Below are positions 11,313 to 24,108 of a stretch of 64,000 nt of DNA, in pieces; within the stretch, counting starts at the first letter, position 1; every line of letters begins with the position of its first letter. Location: the NCBI GenBank assembly GCA_034780895.1, contig JAUZTB010000098.1, forward strand, positions 51,113,677 to 51,177,676. Reading direction: 5' to 3'. Source of the DNA: Rhynchobatus australiae. Taxonomy: Eukaryota. The notes below the pieces were generated by a model. The model was not told the origin of the DNA and did no database searches. It worked only from the letters and a program-made list of their open reading frames with translations. The position numbers were made by a program, and so were the translations under genes.

Positions 11313-12252
11313 CCTTCCCTCACCACCATTCAGGGCCCTAGATGGTCCTTCCAGGTGAGGCAGAACTTCACCTGTGAATCTGAGCGTGTCATTTATTGCT
11401 CCCAGTGCAGCCACGTCTACATCGGTGAGACCTGACACAGATTGGGTGACCACTTCGTCGTCAAGCACCTTCGCTCTCTCCGCCGCAACAGCCAGGATCT
11501 TCCGGTGGCCACCCACTTCAATTCCACTTCCCATTCCCATACTGACGTGTCTATACACAGCCGCCTCTTCTACTGCCACTTTGAGGCCAGATGCAGGTTG
11601 GAGGAGCAACATCACCTATTCCGTCTTGGTAGTCTCCAACCTGACGGCATCAACATTGATTTCCCCTCTCTCCTCTATTCCCCCTGCCCTCACAAACTAC
11701 CATCACTCCTACCCCCCTTCCCACCCCCCCGGTTCCCTACCTCCTTCCCTTTATTCCATGGTCTACTATCTTCTCCTATCAGATTTCTTCTTCAGCCCTT
11801 TGCCTCTTCCACCTATCACCTCTCAGCTTCTCGCGTCATTCCCTTTCATCCCCCCTCCCCCACCCACCTACCTTTCCCTTCTCACCTGGACTTGCATGTT
11901 ACCTGCCAGCTGTGCTCCTCCNNNNNNNNNNNNNNNNNNNNNNNNNNNNNNNNNNNNNNNNNNNNNNNNNNNNNNNNNNNNNNNNNNNNNNNNNNNNNNN
12001 NNNNNNNNNNNNNNNNNNNNNCTTTCCCTTCTCACCTGGACTTGCATGTTACCTGCCAGCTGTGCTCCTCCCTATCCCCTTACCTCTTTATTCTGGCTTC
12101 TGCCCTCTTCCTTTTCAGTCCTGATGAAGGGTCTCGACCTGAAACATTGAATGTTTATTTCCCTCCATAGGTTCTGCCTGACCTGCTGAGTTCCTCCACT
12201 ATTTTACATGTGTTGCTCCAGATTCCAGCATCTCCAGAATCTCTTGTGTGCC
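11313..12252 (+). mobile_element. Penelope-like element: 5'-truncated GIY-YIG endonuclease pseudo-ORF plus pseudo-LTR
   Basis: FQVRQNFTCESERVIYC...VYIGET*HRLGDHF..HLRSLRRNSQDLPVATHFNSTSHSHTD...RLEEQHHLFRLGSLQPDGINIDF is a PLE-type GIY-YIG domain. Flanked by caagtcatg (11304-11312) and caagtaatg (12253-12261), a possible TSD. Confidence 0.88.
12116..12153 (+). ncRNA. Minimal type I hammerhead ribozyme motif (degenerate) in a Penelope pseudo-LTR
   Basis: cagtc-CTGATGA-a-gggt-ctcg-acct-GAAAC-att-gaatg. Both core boxes and stem II are present; stem I is imperfect. Confidence 0.6.
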
Positions 12253-12752
12253 CAAGTAATGTGTTAAGTATTTTTAAGGCAGAGATAAATGGATGCTTGA
12301 TAAAGAGGGGGGTGAACAGTTACCACCAGTATTCAGGAATGCAGCACTGAAGCACAATCGGATTAGCCATATCTTATTAAAGACAAAGTGGTCCCAAAGG
12401 GTTGAGTTGCCTATTTCTGCTCTTACTTTGTATGTTCATATATGAATTATTAACAGGAGTTGACCTCCTGGCCTTAAAGCCTGCTCCATCATTCATTGAG
12501 ATTGTGGCTGATCCTTAACCTTGGCTCCAATCTCCTGCACTATCCCCACATGAACTCAATGACTGAGCCTCCACAACCCATCAAGGTAGACAATTCCAAA
12601 CGTTCAGCAACCTCTGAGTGAATAAATAGCTTCTCACCTCAACCTTAAATAGCCTACCTGTTGTTCTGACGCTGTGACCCTCCCGTTCTAGTCTCCTCAG
12701 CCAGAAAATCATTCTCCCTGCATCCAGCCTGTCAACCCCAACAGAAATTTGT

Positions 12753-13099
12753 GGGATCATTGGCCTTCATTTCTCTTATAGCCAGGAGAGCTGTATTGCT
12801 TATGTCATGGTTCTGAGTTCTGGCCCTCATTTGGCTCCATTGATGCCTTGTTGTGCAGCACATGGATTCCGTGCTGGACTGATTGCATAATGACACACAC
12901 CTGAGCCCCATCAGGGGCCTAGCATAAGTATCTGGGTTTCTCTGGCACTAGTNNNNNNNNNNNNNNNNNNNNNNNNNNNNNNNNNNNNNNNNNNNNNNNN
13001 NNNNNNNNNNNNNNNNNNNNNNNNNNNNNNNNNNNNNNNNNNNNNNNNNNNNATTTTATATTTCTTATCTGAAATTAATAAAAATATTGGAAAAAGAAA
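12753..13099 (+). mobile_element. 5'-truncated L1-like insertion with a 10-bp TSD and A-rich tail
   Basis: agaaatttgt at both 12743-12752 and 13100-13109. AATAAA at 13077-13082 is followed by an A-rich tail. The first 50 nt encode GSLAFISLIARRAVLL, like the fish-type L1 ORF2 C-terminus. Confidence 0.6.
12803..12952 (+). mobile_element. Probable LTR (Gypsy-like) fragment nested in the L1 piece; runs into a gap
   Basis: Abrupt switch to tgtcatggttctg (TG start), with cacacctgagccccatcag and a TATA-like cataag. The 3' end is hidden by Ns. Confidence 0.35.
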
Positions 13100-13669
13100 A
13101 GAAATTTGTAAGTTTCATTGAGATCTCCTCTTATTCTTCTAAACTCTGCAGAATACAAGTCTCGTCTTCTTAATCTTACCTCATACGGCAAACCTGCCAT
13201 CCCAGTAGCAGGCCTGGGGACCCTCTATTTCACTGCCTCTCTGCCAGCATATCCTTTTTTTTTTGGTGGGAAACCAAAACTACCCACAATACTTCAGGTG
13301 CAGGCTCACCAGAGCTCTGTATAATTGTAGTAAGGCATCTTTACTGTTGTATTCAAATTTCAGAATGAGGGTCAACATACAGTTTTCCATCCTATTTGCT
13401 TGCCCGACCTTCATATTGAGTTTCAGTGTCTTGCATACATGGGCATCGAGGTGTTTCTTAACATCACCTGACCTTGAACAATTTACAGATGTACTCTGCT
13501 TTTCTGTTTTGTGCACCAAAATTATAACATAATGCATTTAAGATGCTTTCACCACTCATTTAGCTTATCTATATCCTTTGAAGCCTCTTTACAGCCTCGT
13601 CCCTACTCATAACATGTTCTTTTGAATATATAGATGAGATGGCAGATGGTATTTTTACCTGGGCAATGC

Positions 13670-14120
13670 TGGTGAGATCATCTGATTTTTATATTTTCTT
13701 TTGGAATTCCAGCAACATTCTGGGGGCTCAACCTTTGTCATAACATTCGGCCAACCTTGTGACTTATTTCTATTGGCAGTGGAAATGTTATCTGAAGGCA
13801 CCCACCTCCCAATCCATTGTACTAGGTATATGAGGTTCCCAGCCTCCTGCTTAATGCCAGGATTTATTGAATCTAGGTGCCCTCAATGTTTTGAGTCATT
13901 TTGATCTTTGATATACATTCTTTTCCATCAGCAGTTGCAAAGCACCTCCCCTTTAAGAGGAGCTAGCTGCCTTTTTAATAGAGTCAAAAATGTCTTATTT
14001 TCCCAGCCTACCCCTCCCTCACCCCACCTAAATATATGCATTTGATAAGCAGCATGCATAGCGGGCCAGCATGCTAGATGCAGCATAATGAGCGGGCAAC
14101 ACAAATCTGACTCCACCACT
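13670..14120 (-). mobile_element. Possible PIF/Harbinger Myb/SANT-gene remnant
   Basis: The minus strand keeps RAPRF (gcacctagattc) and, ~200 nt later, QKK..DDLT, spaced like the ends of a Harbinger Myb/SANT domain. Heavily decayed. Confidence 0.3.
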
Positions 14121-17100
14121 GTTGCATGCAATACAAACACATCTTCTTGCTCATTTTGGAATGTAATTGTACTTCTAGGCCATTACCTCTACAAGATTTT
14201 AAAGAATAAAATGTATAAATGCTTAGTAGCCATATGGTCAGAGAATGGGAAGATCTCCAGAGGCAAATTTTAGTCCTTTTTTTATTAGAATTCCACTCAG
14301 TTGGCTGAGGATACTGGTGGTGCAATATGATGTCTCCATGGCACCAGAAAAACAACACCACATTGGCTGTGAAACATTGCATCAGGGAGAGACTTGTAAA
14401 GGCAATACTTGTTGTCCAAAGTCACTGCAGGGTTGCTGCCTTTCATCTGGGAATCAGATGTGGATCACTTGTGCAGTGAAGTGAATCATAGGATATGAAG
14501 GCAGATACCTGAAGGCTTAATTGCAGATGGCACTCTATGGGACAGTGGGAAGCTTTGCAATTTGAAACCTTTCAGGATTTCTGTCTCCTGATGGTACTAA
14601 TCTCAAAGCAAAATCATTAAACATGTATTTCTTCCTGTGTTCAGACTGAAATATAATTTATATTATTTTGTTGAAGAATTATATTGAGATTGGCTCAGAA
14701 ATAGCCACTGACTCTGCNNNNNNNNNNCTATGAGCAAAAAAAATGCTCTAGAAAATATTTCTGTGACTCTCTTTTTAAAAACAACAACCAATCACACCAG
14801 AGCAGACCACAGGATCTGATATTCTTGTAATTGCCTACTTCAGATAACTTGAAACATGGTCCACTAACCAGGAAATCCTATTGAAGACCTTTGGTCTGCA
14901 CGTTCTGGTATTTTATTCCTGAGGTAAATGACTTGGCAAAAAGAAATACCACCTGTTTATGTATTTGTATTTCATGCTACAGCTGTCTATCCTCCATTAT
15001 GTGTAGAATTCAGATTAGCTATCTGCTCAAACAGATCCTCTTCCCTTCATTATGTTAAAAAACTTAAGTCATAAATTTTGCTCCACCTGCTTCAATTTAA
15101 CTTTAGACATTGATGCTATTCCGAACAGCATAACAATTCAGGCCCAATTCTCTCCTCCTGGCTGATCAGCAGCTTCAGAAAGTTTAATGGTTATGTCAAT
15201 CTAGAAAATTACTTAGTAAAACAGGAAGAATGGACATTTGCCCCTGGTATTACTCTATGTGTGAAGATCTCTCATTCCCTCTGTTTCTCCTGTTCCCCTT
15301 TCTTTTAGTAGCTTTCCAAGCTCATATAGTAAAGCTTATCTAAATCTTCATGCAGCTGCAATCTGGACAAATGGCAGATAGTGATGAAATGTTTGCCTGA
15401 GGGATTAGTGTGCAATGAAAGTGCTGGACGATTATCGATCTGCATGGTGTTGGCTACAGACTAAGACAATTTAAGGTGGGGTCTAAGACAGAGTACTTAG
15501 ATTGCTCAAACACTGAATCTAATTTTAGTCTGTGCACAGCCTGTGTTTTTAAGCACAATAAATTGAACTGACCACTCATTATGTGAATTCATTCTCTGCA
15601 GTCCAAGAGCTTGACATTCAGTACTGTAGAGGTTACTGAAAAGACAAGCACAGTGGGTCTCAATCATTAATGGACTAAACATTAACCAGTGTTGCTAAAG
15701 TAATATCTTATAACTATTGATGATTTTCCAATTAAATTTAATATTGTAAGTTCTCATTAGTGCAAAGTCAAATTGATCATTGCCAGTTCCTGGCAATCCC
15801 AATAGTGCTATTCAGTAGGTTTCTCTTCCAGCATTTCCTTTCAATATCAGTGGTCTTCTCTTGAAAAATAATATAACTTGATGGAAAACTAACATCTTGA
15901 AAGCTATTAATTAAAATGAAATTTGCTCATGAATAACTGGTTTCCAGAAGTTCAATGTCCATTTTTGTCATGAAAACACTTATTTTAAAGTGTATGTCTA
16001 TCTCTTATTAAGACCAGACATTTGCCACGGTGGAACAATCCTTAAAAGTTTTTCATTGCCAAATGAAGATGATGTACTGACGATGCAAGACTGAATACAT
16101 AAGCAAAACGGATGCATTAACATGCAAGGGCTTTTAAAATAAGGTTCAATTGGAAACGTGTCATTTCAATATTTGTTTGTGAAGGAGAGGTCTGTGAATT
16201 TGCAAACTGTTGTCCTGTGTCAGGCTGATGCTGATCTCCCAAGGTAAATTCCAGATTCACTATGCAATGGTGAATCTGCCAAGAAATAGAAGGTAGCAAA
16301 GAGCAGCTGGCTTCACCAAGTATGCATTTCATCCTGGTTTTTTATCATCACAGTGAAGTGAATATTATAGTTTGAGGGACTGAAAGCTTAGTAACTGGAG
16401 TTCGTTCACAATCAAATATAAAGAATATACTAATCTTTACTTGTAGTTTAATGCAAGGTTGCTAATATATTAACATTTAAAACTAGTCTTTGCTTTGGTA
16501 GTTATTCTTTACCTTTTTATTATTAGTATTTATTAGGTTTATAGGTCCATGCTGCTAGGGGTAGGAAACCTCATTTGCCTGGAGCATGAATTAGATTTTT
16601 TTGGATGTCCACTGCTCACAGTAATCTGGTTTGCCTTTTATTGAGCTCAAATAGTGACTTCTGGGCTGCACTCCAGAGAGGCAGCTATGACCGCACCACC
16701 ATGAAACTTTTCTCAAAGCTTTGAGGACATATTGCCAATCTATGTTGAAATGTGGGCAGGTCCATATTGGGGTACCAGACAGGGACTGTTCTACCTTAGG
16801 TAAAGAAAGATCCCTCCAGTCAGGGACAAGGGCTGTATTCAAAACTATTATACTAAGTTCACTTCTGATAAAAAATTACATTTTAGGTTCATAAAGTATA
16901 TCTTTAAGGTTATTTATGTTTGAATAGATTATTTTCNNNNNNNNNNNNNNNNNNNNNNNNNNNNNNNNNNNNNNNNNNNNNNNNNNNNNNNNNNNNNNNN
17001 NNNNNNNNNNNNNNNNNNNNNNNNNNNNNNNNNNNNAACCAGAAATACTGGAAATCATCAGTCAACAATTAATATTTCAGAAATTATCTTCTATTACCAA

Positions 17101-18324
17101 TTAACCATTCAAAAGAAATAAAATATGTAGAAAAAATATAAACACTGTATAAAAATGAAATATTTAATATTCTTAAATGAAATAAAAGGATGAAGTTTAA
17201 GACATTTAGAAGATACAAAGGCTTAGAAATTCTATCACCTATCATAATGTTTATGTGCTCTATGCAATAAAATTTAATCAGAAAAGCAAATATGAAATAC
17301 ATTCTGTTATTTACCACGTTGATCTCTAAGTTTATAATTTTGCTTCCAGCTCCTCTGTATCTACAAAATAGCACACAGGCACCTGAGTTGCAGAAGGGTG
17401 TTCAATAGGGTGCAGCACCTGCCTGGAGACATGGCTTCTGTCAACTGCATGTGCCACTCATGCAAAAACAGGCATTTACAATGTGCATTGGCAAAACATA
17501 AAAACTGTGGAATTGGCTGCAGGTTGGTGTCTTTAAATTAAAAACTAATCTCTCACTGGGGATGCCTTTCAGCCCAACTCACCAAATTATGACCCCAGAT
17601 CACTCCCCCCCAGCCACCCAATTCTGTCCCCAGCAATCCCATTTAGCATAATATCTTTCACACGTCCCAATCTGAACCTCAAAGTCCCGATCCTTCACCG
17701 ACTGATAGCTGGATCTTACCTACCACCTCCCCTCCCCTTCCCCTCCCCACTCAGGCCACTCCCTGTGCCTCACCCACCCTCATGACTCTTGACCCAAACC
17801 CATTTTCCTTCTCTTGCTCTGCAGTGGTGGAACCAATTAAGGAACTGTCTTTAACTGTGTTAGGAATGGCAGGATGTTCTGTCGGAGACCAGGATTTGGG
17901 CCTGGTACCAATAACATTTTACAGCAGCGGCTGCCCTCATAAACCATGCATTGGCCTGCTGCAGTATCTTTAACACACCTTTCCCTGTCCTGAAATGTTT
18001 CTAGGTCACAAAATTTGTGAGCAGTGTAAATGCAACAATGGAAAATAGAAATTAGAAAATGAAACAGAATCCATTTGCCCAAGAAGAAGCTGAAACTATG
18101 CGTACAAACTGGTCCTGGTAGCTCATTGATGTGCATTGCCATCCCAGCCATGTGACCATCTCTCACCTGTCCATCAGCAGAATGTAGAATGGGTCAGATT
18201 TTCGGGTCAGGAAAGACCATTTGGTACATGGGGTGGGAACACCCTTGGAACTTATTGGTGGGAAATCAGTCCACATCCTTAATATTAGATGTCTTTTTCT
18301 CACTTACAAAGTTACATGGTATCA

Positions 18325-18960
18325 ACAGTACAAGAACTGGCCTTTCATTGAACTGGTCAATACCTGTATCTATATGCTACACAAACCTACTCCCACTTTC
18401 TTTCTCTAACCCCCATCAACATAGCTATCCATTCCTTTCTCTCTCACAACTTTTGCAACTTCCTTTAAATGAATCTTTGCCATTCACTGCAAACAGGTCT
18501 TGCAGTGAATTCCACATTCTGAACATTTTGTGAATAAATACAGTTCTTCTGAATTCCCTTACAGATTGTATTTTATTCATGGTCTGTAGAACTGATCTCA
18601 CCTGGAAGAGGAAAGAACTTGATGTCTACCCCATCAAGCTCTTCCGTAATTGTAAAGATCTCAGTCTAAGGTCTCCCTTTTTTTTAGTAAGCATTACCAC
18701 CTGTGTAATGAAGGCCAACCGTAAAATGTGATAATTAAGCCCTGGTTAAGATGCAACTGCTCTGTTCTGCTGTCACTCTAGCAAATCCTTTCTCCAGTGT
18801 GTCGCTAAACGTTCTATAAAATGAATGCCAGAAATGTTCATGGTACACCCGGGGCAGTCAAACCAAAGTTCTACATAAATTTTGCATTCTCTCTCTGCTT
18901 TTCGTTCGGTTTCTCTAGCAATGGATTCCAGTACTTTGCTTTTTTATGAGCTTATCCGCC
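18325..18960 (-). mobile_element. Decayed CR1-type LINE 3' fragment
   Basis: Colinear degenerate similarity to the minus-strand CR1 3' ends at 48831-49237 and 13100-13400 (gaattccacattct, aaatcctttctccagt, gtcaaaccaaagttctacataa). Confidence 0.5.
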
Positions 18961-21634
18961 CAATCCTGTTCCATTCTGACAGCCTTTCCTGTTTCTGTTT
19001 CATACTCTTATCTCATACCACCAACATACCAATACTATATCAATTACTTGCATGTTGTCTGTGTCTCTGAAAGACATTTAACTTGTAATAATTCCTTGTA
19101 ATTCTCAGATAAACCCCTACAATTATTCAATCATCTATCAGAGTACTTCCCATGTCATTATACTTCTGTTCTTGTCTGTGTCTGCAAAGTAAACAGACAT
19201 AGGACCAGTGTATCACTTAGAAAGGCTTTCACATGATGCATAGATTCAGCCTGTGTAATAGGATAGCCATTATAAATTTTGATAAAGGACCCTTATTTTT
19301 CTAAACTATTTTTCTTTTGTTCTTTGTCCCAACTCCACACTGCTGTGCCTTTATGAATAGGAAACCACTTCAGTCCAAGGTAATGAATTGAGCTGAGACT
19401 TCAACTCGTGTCTCCAAAAATATTTGACTGTGTAATATATCACAGTTACTCTTATTTTTTTTCTAAATTTTGATGCCTGACTATTTTTAATAGATGTTCA
19501 ATCTATGCAAATCCCGAATCAGGTTTGCAATTTTTTTCATTGGTGAGCTTTCTTTGCATTGAGCAAGATTCCACCTTAGAGGGATAAATGAAGGTGCCTG
19601 GAATGTTAAGTTCTGTATTGTGATTAGCATTCCAGTAAATATCACCACAAGGATAGGAACAGAGCCAGAGACCAGGCCTGGATGACTGACCTAAAGCTTG
19701 ACACAATTAGTTCAGGTTAATTACAGCAAATCTGATGACTTAGAGCCTGAGATGTTATGAAGCCCTGAAGCTGCATTCTCCTGAGGTCCAGATTATGAGC
19801 TTTGCATCCTAAGGGTGGTCTTAAAATAATGAATTTGTCTCTAATAGGATTCATAGGTTCATTCCCAAAGCGTTGCTGTCAATTAAATATCCCACATTGA
19901 GTCTGATGGCTTATTTTAGCTCGGAATGTAGTGTAAAAGAGGTTAATGAGCAATTGTGTGAGCTGCTCACATTATTTACTTGGGAATAAATGGGCTTCTA
20001 AACTAGGGGCAGAATGGAACAACAAGGAACAAGAAATGTTTTATTTTAATTTATTTTTGAAAAGACTACACTTAACATGGTTAAATGACATTTAATTGCA
20101 AACCATGATTACAGATCAAATAAATTCTGTCAGTCACCAGCCAACCAGAGAAGGCAGAATCAGAAAGAGTTCTCTAGTAAGCTCAATTGCTAAAATATTT
20201 CCTGAACAGTCTGCAGATAGTTATTGTAGCAATCTATAGACCTTGACTATAATTTTCAAAAGTAAGACTTATGCAAATGTTGGTCTTGACTGAGAGGCTC
20301 CTTTCCATCTATCAATAGTTGCTTTCTTAACATTCACTGACGATTATGAAACCCAGGTACAGCCTTTAGGTGACGATTGATTGGGGAGGGTTATTGATCA
20401 CCATAAGGACATATCAATCTTCATTCCCTGCTGCCTAATTGCAATGCTTCAATAATTAAGTGGTTGAATTTTTCAATGTACTGCCACAAGGAGGCCTCAC
20501 AGGCTAACTAGGAGACTGCAGTAAAGATACGGTGCTGGATTTACGGCATGAATTATGGAACAAAGATATTCTTGAAAGCATGCAACAGAAAAACCAAAAC
20601 AAATGCTTCTTCTTTCATGCAGTTGGAGAGCTAAACTGAATGTGTGATGGCATGGTTACTTGTGGATACTACTGCAAATATTTTTAATCTTCAAATAGTT
20701 CTTGACTTTGTGAATGGCAGCTAAGGTGTTTGTGCAGTCCATTTTGTTTTGGTAAATGTGCCATTTGTTAGGCTGTAGGATACAAATATTAAAGTAGAAT
20801 TTTGAGATAATAGTAATGGCTCTTCTAAAAATAATTGTTTCCCCATTTTTAAGTCTGGGTAAGCTTTGAAGTAGACAGTAGAACTGAACACAAGGAGTCA
20901 AAATTTTTATAACCCACCTTGGGACTGGTTTAATAGAATTGACATTGTTTATTCTCCCTGCTGTAATGTACGATCTTAGGAATGCTTGGCATAATGCAGC
21001 TTAGATACTTCCACAGGGCCAACTATGCATATTTAAGTGGTGTTACAAATGTTTAGCTCCCGTGGGATCTAATTTATCCTGAGAGTTAACCATAGTTGAT
21101 ACTACTGTGTGTTGAAGAATAGATTAATTATTTTGCTTTTAAAAAACCTTCTGCATTATCATACTATGAACACTAAAACTGGCAAAATATAGAAAATTGG
21201 CTTATGTTGCTATAATATAGAATAAGTTTTTTTCCAGGTTAGCTCCTTATTAAATATTAATTGAAATGAAATGAACAAATTTCCAAAAGATTTCTCTTCT
21301 TTCTCACAATGCATTGATTACTCCTATTCTAACCAGGAGTTAGGAACAGCTGAGGGAGCAAGTGGAGGTGGCTTAATCAACAGAGTTGTGCATTAATAAT
21401 GGTCATTGACAATAGGAGATTTAAATGGGTACATGGTCAAGTCTATTGCTAACACATTGAAGAAGAAGTGGCAGCAACAGTGGAAGACCATGGCTACTAC
21501 ACAGGATTCTGAGAGTAACACAAACACGTCAACTACTATGACTAGGCAAGATAAATGTGAGGAATCATCCAGAATTGCATTGAAATCATAAATAGGCCAT
21601 TTGACCATCTTTTCGTTATAGGTGTTCATCTTCT

Positions 21635-22470
21635 TTGTGAGAGGTTGCTCTAATTCCTTGGCCTTCCTGGTTCTTGTACGTCTCTATCTATTAACTACCT
21701 CCCTAACTTGCAGTAAAATATTGGCATGGCCTCTCCTTTAAGCCTTGGATCAGGTGGTGCATTCCATAGCCTTCTAACTCTTTATAACGATGTTATTCCT
21801 GTTCTCAGTCTTAAATATTTTGTATTTAACTTTACACAATGTTCCTGTTTGAGATTCACCAAGCACTGAAATCCATCTGCTTATTTCTNNNNNNNNNNNN
21901 NNNNNNNNNNNNNNNNNNNNNNNNNNNNNNNNNNNNNNNNNNNNNNNNNNNNNNNNNNNNNNNNNNNNNNNNNNNNNNNNNNNNNNNNCCAAGCACTGAA
22001 ATCCATCTGCTTATTTCTATTCTCTCCCAAAGCTTTCATAATTTTACATACTGCTAAGAAATCACCCTGTGATCTCCACACCTCCACTGAAAATACTCAC
22101 CTTTTATAGATTTCCTTTGTATTTCTTTTCCTACAATTGCCCCAATTAATTCACCCACCTCTGTTGCTCTAACATTCTTCATACAAAGTGAGGTCCAAAA
22201 CTGAACACATCACTTTCAACTGCGCCTTTATGGAGTTCTATTCACCATTACACCTCAACTCTTATATCTCACTTCTTGCATAATACTTCTTCTTATCTTG
22301 ATAACCTTATCCATTTGAGGTACTGCTTCTAATAACTTAAAATCTATACCCTCAGATCTCTCTGTTCTTCCATATCTCCCAGCTTTTACCCATTCAAAAT
22401 GTGTCATTTTACATTTACTGACAAATAATTCTCTGATGCTTTTTTTAACCCAATCCATCATCTTATCAAT
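21635..22470 (-). mobile_element. Decayed CR1-type LINE 3' fragment
   Basis: gcattccatagccttctaactct, ctttcataatttta, ccaaaactgaacaca and taccctcagatctctctgttc match the CR1 RT C-terminus and 3' UTR in reverse. Confidence 0.5.
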
Positions 22471-22737
22471 ATGTGTTTCTGCTTCCTGTGATCCTCATAA
22501 TTATTTATTATGCCTCCTGGTTTAGTATCATGTAATTTGACATCATACAGGACAGGGTAAGGTTTCTTTTTATTAACACATATTTAGTGTGCAGTGCAAG
22601 CTGCGTACAATGCATATCAATGCCAGGTGGCATGGAAATGGTGACAATCCACTACACCAGTCCACAAGGCTTCTGATGGTTGATTAATAATCAGGGCCAT
22701 TCCCACAGTCTTGGCTGAATTGACTACAGTAAAGCTA

Positions 22738-22764
22738 AGAGAGGGAGAGCGAGAGAGAGAGAGA
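22738..22764. repeat. Imperfect (GA)n microsatellite
   Basis: agagagggagagcgagagagagagaga. Confidence 0.8.
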
Positions 22765-23566
22765 ACAAGAGAACACATACAGAAAAGTGTTCAAAAATGA
22801 GTCTTTGATAGAATGAGCTACAGAAATATTCAAAACCCTCCTTCAGTGTTTGGATAGCATCCACAGTCCATGGCCTAAAAAAGTTCTTAAAAATACTTTT
22901 AAATTGGTATTATTTGTTAAATTACAAAGAGACACTTGCTGGAGTCAACTATGCCAAAAAGGATGTGGTAGGACTGTGGGAAGAGGCACAGGAGGATGAG
23001 GATAACCAGTGTCCGGAGAAGAAAGTCACAACTGATATCCCAGTACTTAAATATTTTCTCACTATTAAAGCCTCTTCGCCATTCTCCCTCCTTGCCTTCA
23101 CAAGATTCTTCACTGTCTGCAAATCATGCGTGCTCCCTTGGTTCTTAACTATTGTAGAATATATAGGCCCACACATTCAAGGTTATTCAAGCACTCTGCA
23201 GACTGGGCCTAGAACCTTAAAGTTCATTGCAACCCACAGAGAAGTTAGTCACGTGACACAACCTTTAAAGGGGTTTTAGCCTTAAAGTAATAATAATGGT
23301 TCGCAATGAGATCATCACACATACCAGACTATCGATGGCTTCTACTATTCTCCTTAATAAATTGAATATCCCTCTGCTATTGTTCCAAGGTCTGAAAGCT
23401 TACTCACCAATGGACTAACCTTTACGAATGATGTTTAGTTTATGGAGCCAGCTTCTCCAAGAAGTTGGAGACCCAAGAGAATCCGCAGATGCTGGAAATC
23501 TGGAGCAACACATAAAATGCTGATGGAACTCAGTGGGTCAGGCAGCATCTATGGAAGGAAATGGAC

Positions 23567-23604
23567 AATCGATGTTTTGGGTTGAGACCCTTCATCAGGA
23601 CTGG
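23567..23604 (-). ncRNA. Degenerate minimal hammerhead motif (minus strand)
   Basis: The reverse complement reads cagtc-CTGATGA-a-gggt-ctca-accc-aAAAC-atc-gattg. G12 is mutated, so it is probably inactive. Confidence 0.5.
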
Positions 23605-24070
23605 ACAGAAAGACGGGAGATAGCCAGTATAAAAAGGTGGGGGGAAGGGATGGACCTAGAGCTGACAGGACAGTGGACCTCTCATGGTATGAACATCGAT
23701 TTCTCTAACTTCTGGTAACCACTATCCTCTGTCCACCACATTTTTTTTATTTTCCTTTATCCCACTGACCCCATCTCCCCTTCTCTTTCCCCTCTCCTGT
23801 CCTCTCAATCTGGCCAGCACCCACACATTCTTCCCTCCAGTTTCCCTCCTCGCCTCCTTCCCTGTCTTTATTCCGTGGTCCCTTGTCCACTCCTATCAAA
23901 TTCCATCTTCAGCCCTATGTCACTTCCACCTATCACCTGCCAGCTTCTTGCAGCATTCCCACTCTCCCCCTCGCTCACCTGCCTATCACCCCTCTCTCAC
24001 CTGGATCCACCTATCACCCACCAGCTCTTGCTCCTCCCCCTCCCCTTTAATACTGGCCCTGCTTCCTTTC

Positions 24071-24108
24071 CAGTCCTGATGAAGGGTCTCGACCCGAAAT
24101 GCCAACTG
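24071..24108 (+). ncRNA. Minimal type I hammerhead ribozyme motif (degenerate) in a Penelope pseudo-LTR
   Basis: cagtc-CTGATGA-a-gggt-ctcg-accc-GAAA-tgcc-aactg. Stem II and both core boxes are perfect; the cleavage triplet has decayed. Confidence 0.6.

Larger units (their letters stand above)
11165..12445 (+). mobile_element. CR1-type LINE 3' end split by a Penelope insertion (CR1 parts ~11165-11312 and ~12253-12445)
   Basis: ccatttaagacagagg...ttctttcagaaggttgtgagcctt before the insertion; tatttttaaggcagagata...gcctatttctgctctta...tatgttc after it. Confidence 0.65.
12455..13612 (-). mobile_element. CR1-type LINE 3' fragment interrupted at 12753-13099
   Basis: Minus-strand peptide KKHLDAHVCKTLKLNMKVGQANRMENCML...FEYNSKDALLQLYRALVSLHLKYC is CR1 RT C-terminus. 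CR1 3' UTR lies at 12455-12750. Confidence 0.8.

Noticed and set aside
11872-12071. Perfect 50-bp direct repeat flanking a 100-N gap
   Set aside because: Contig-overlap artefact: the identical sequence sits on both sides of a fixed-length gap.
21859-22018. 30-bp direct repeat around a 100-N gap
   Set aside because: Same scaffolding artefact.
22914-23279. 121-aa ORF in non-repeat sequence
   Set aside because: TTG start, no splice context and no recognisable motif.
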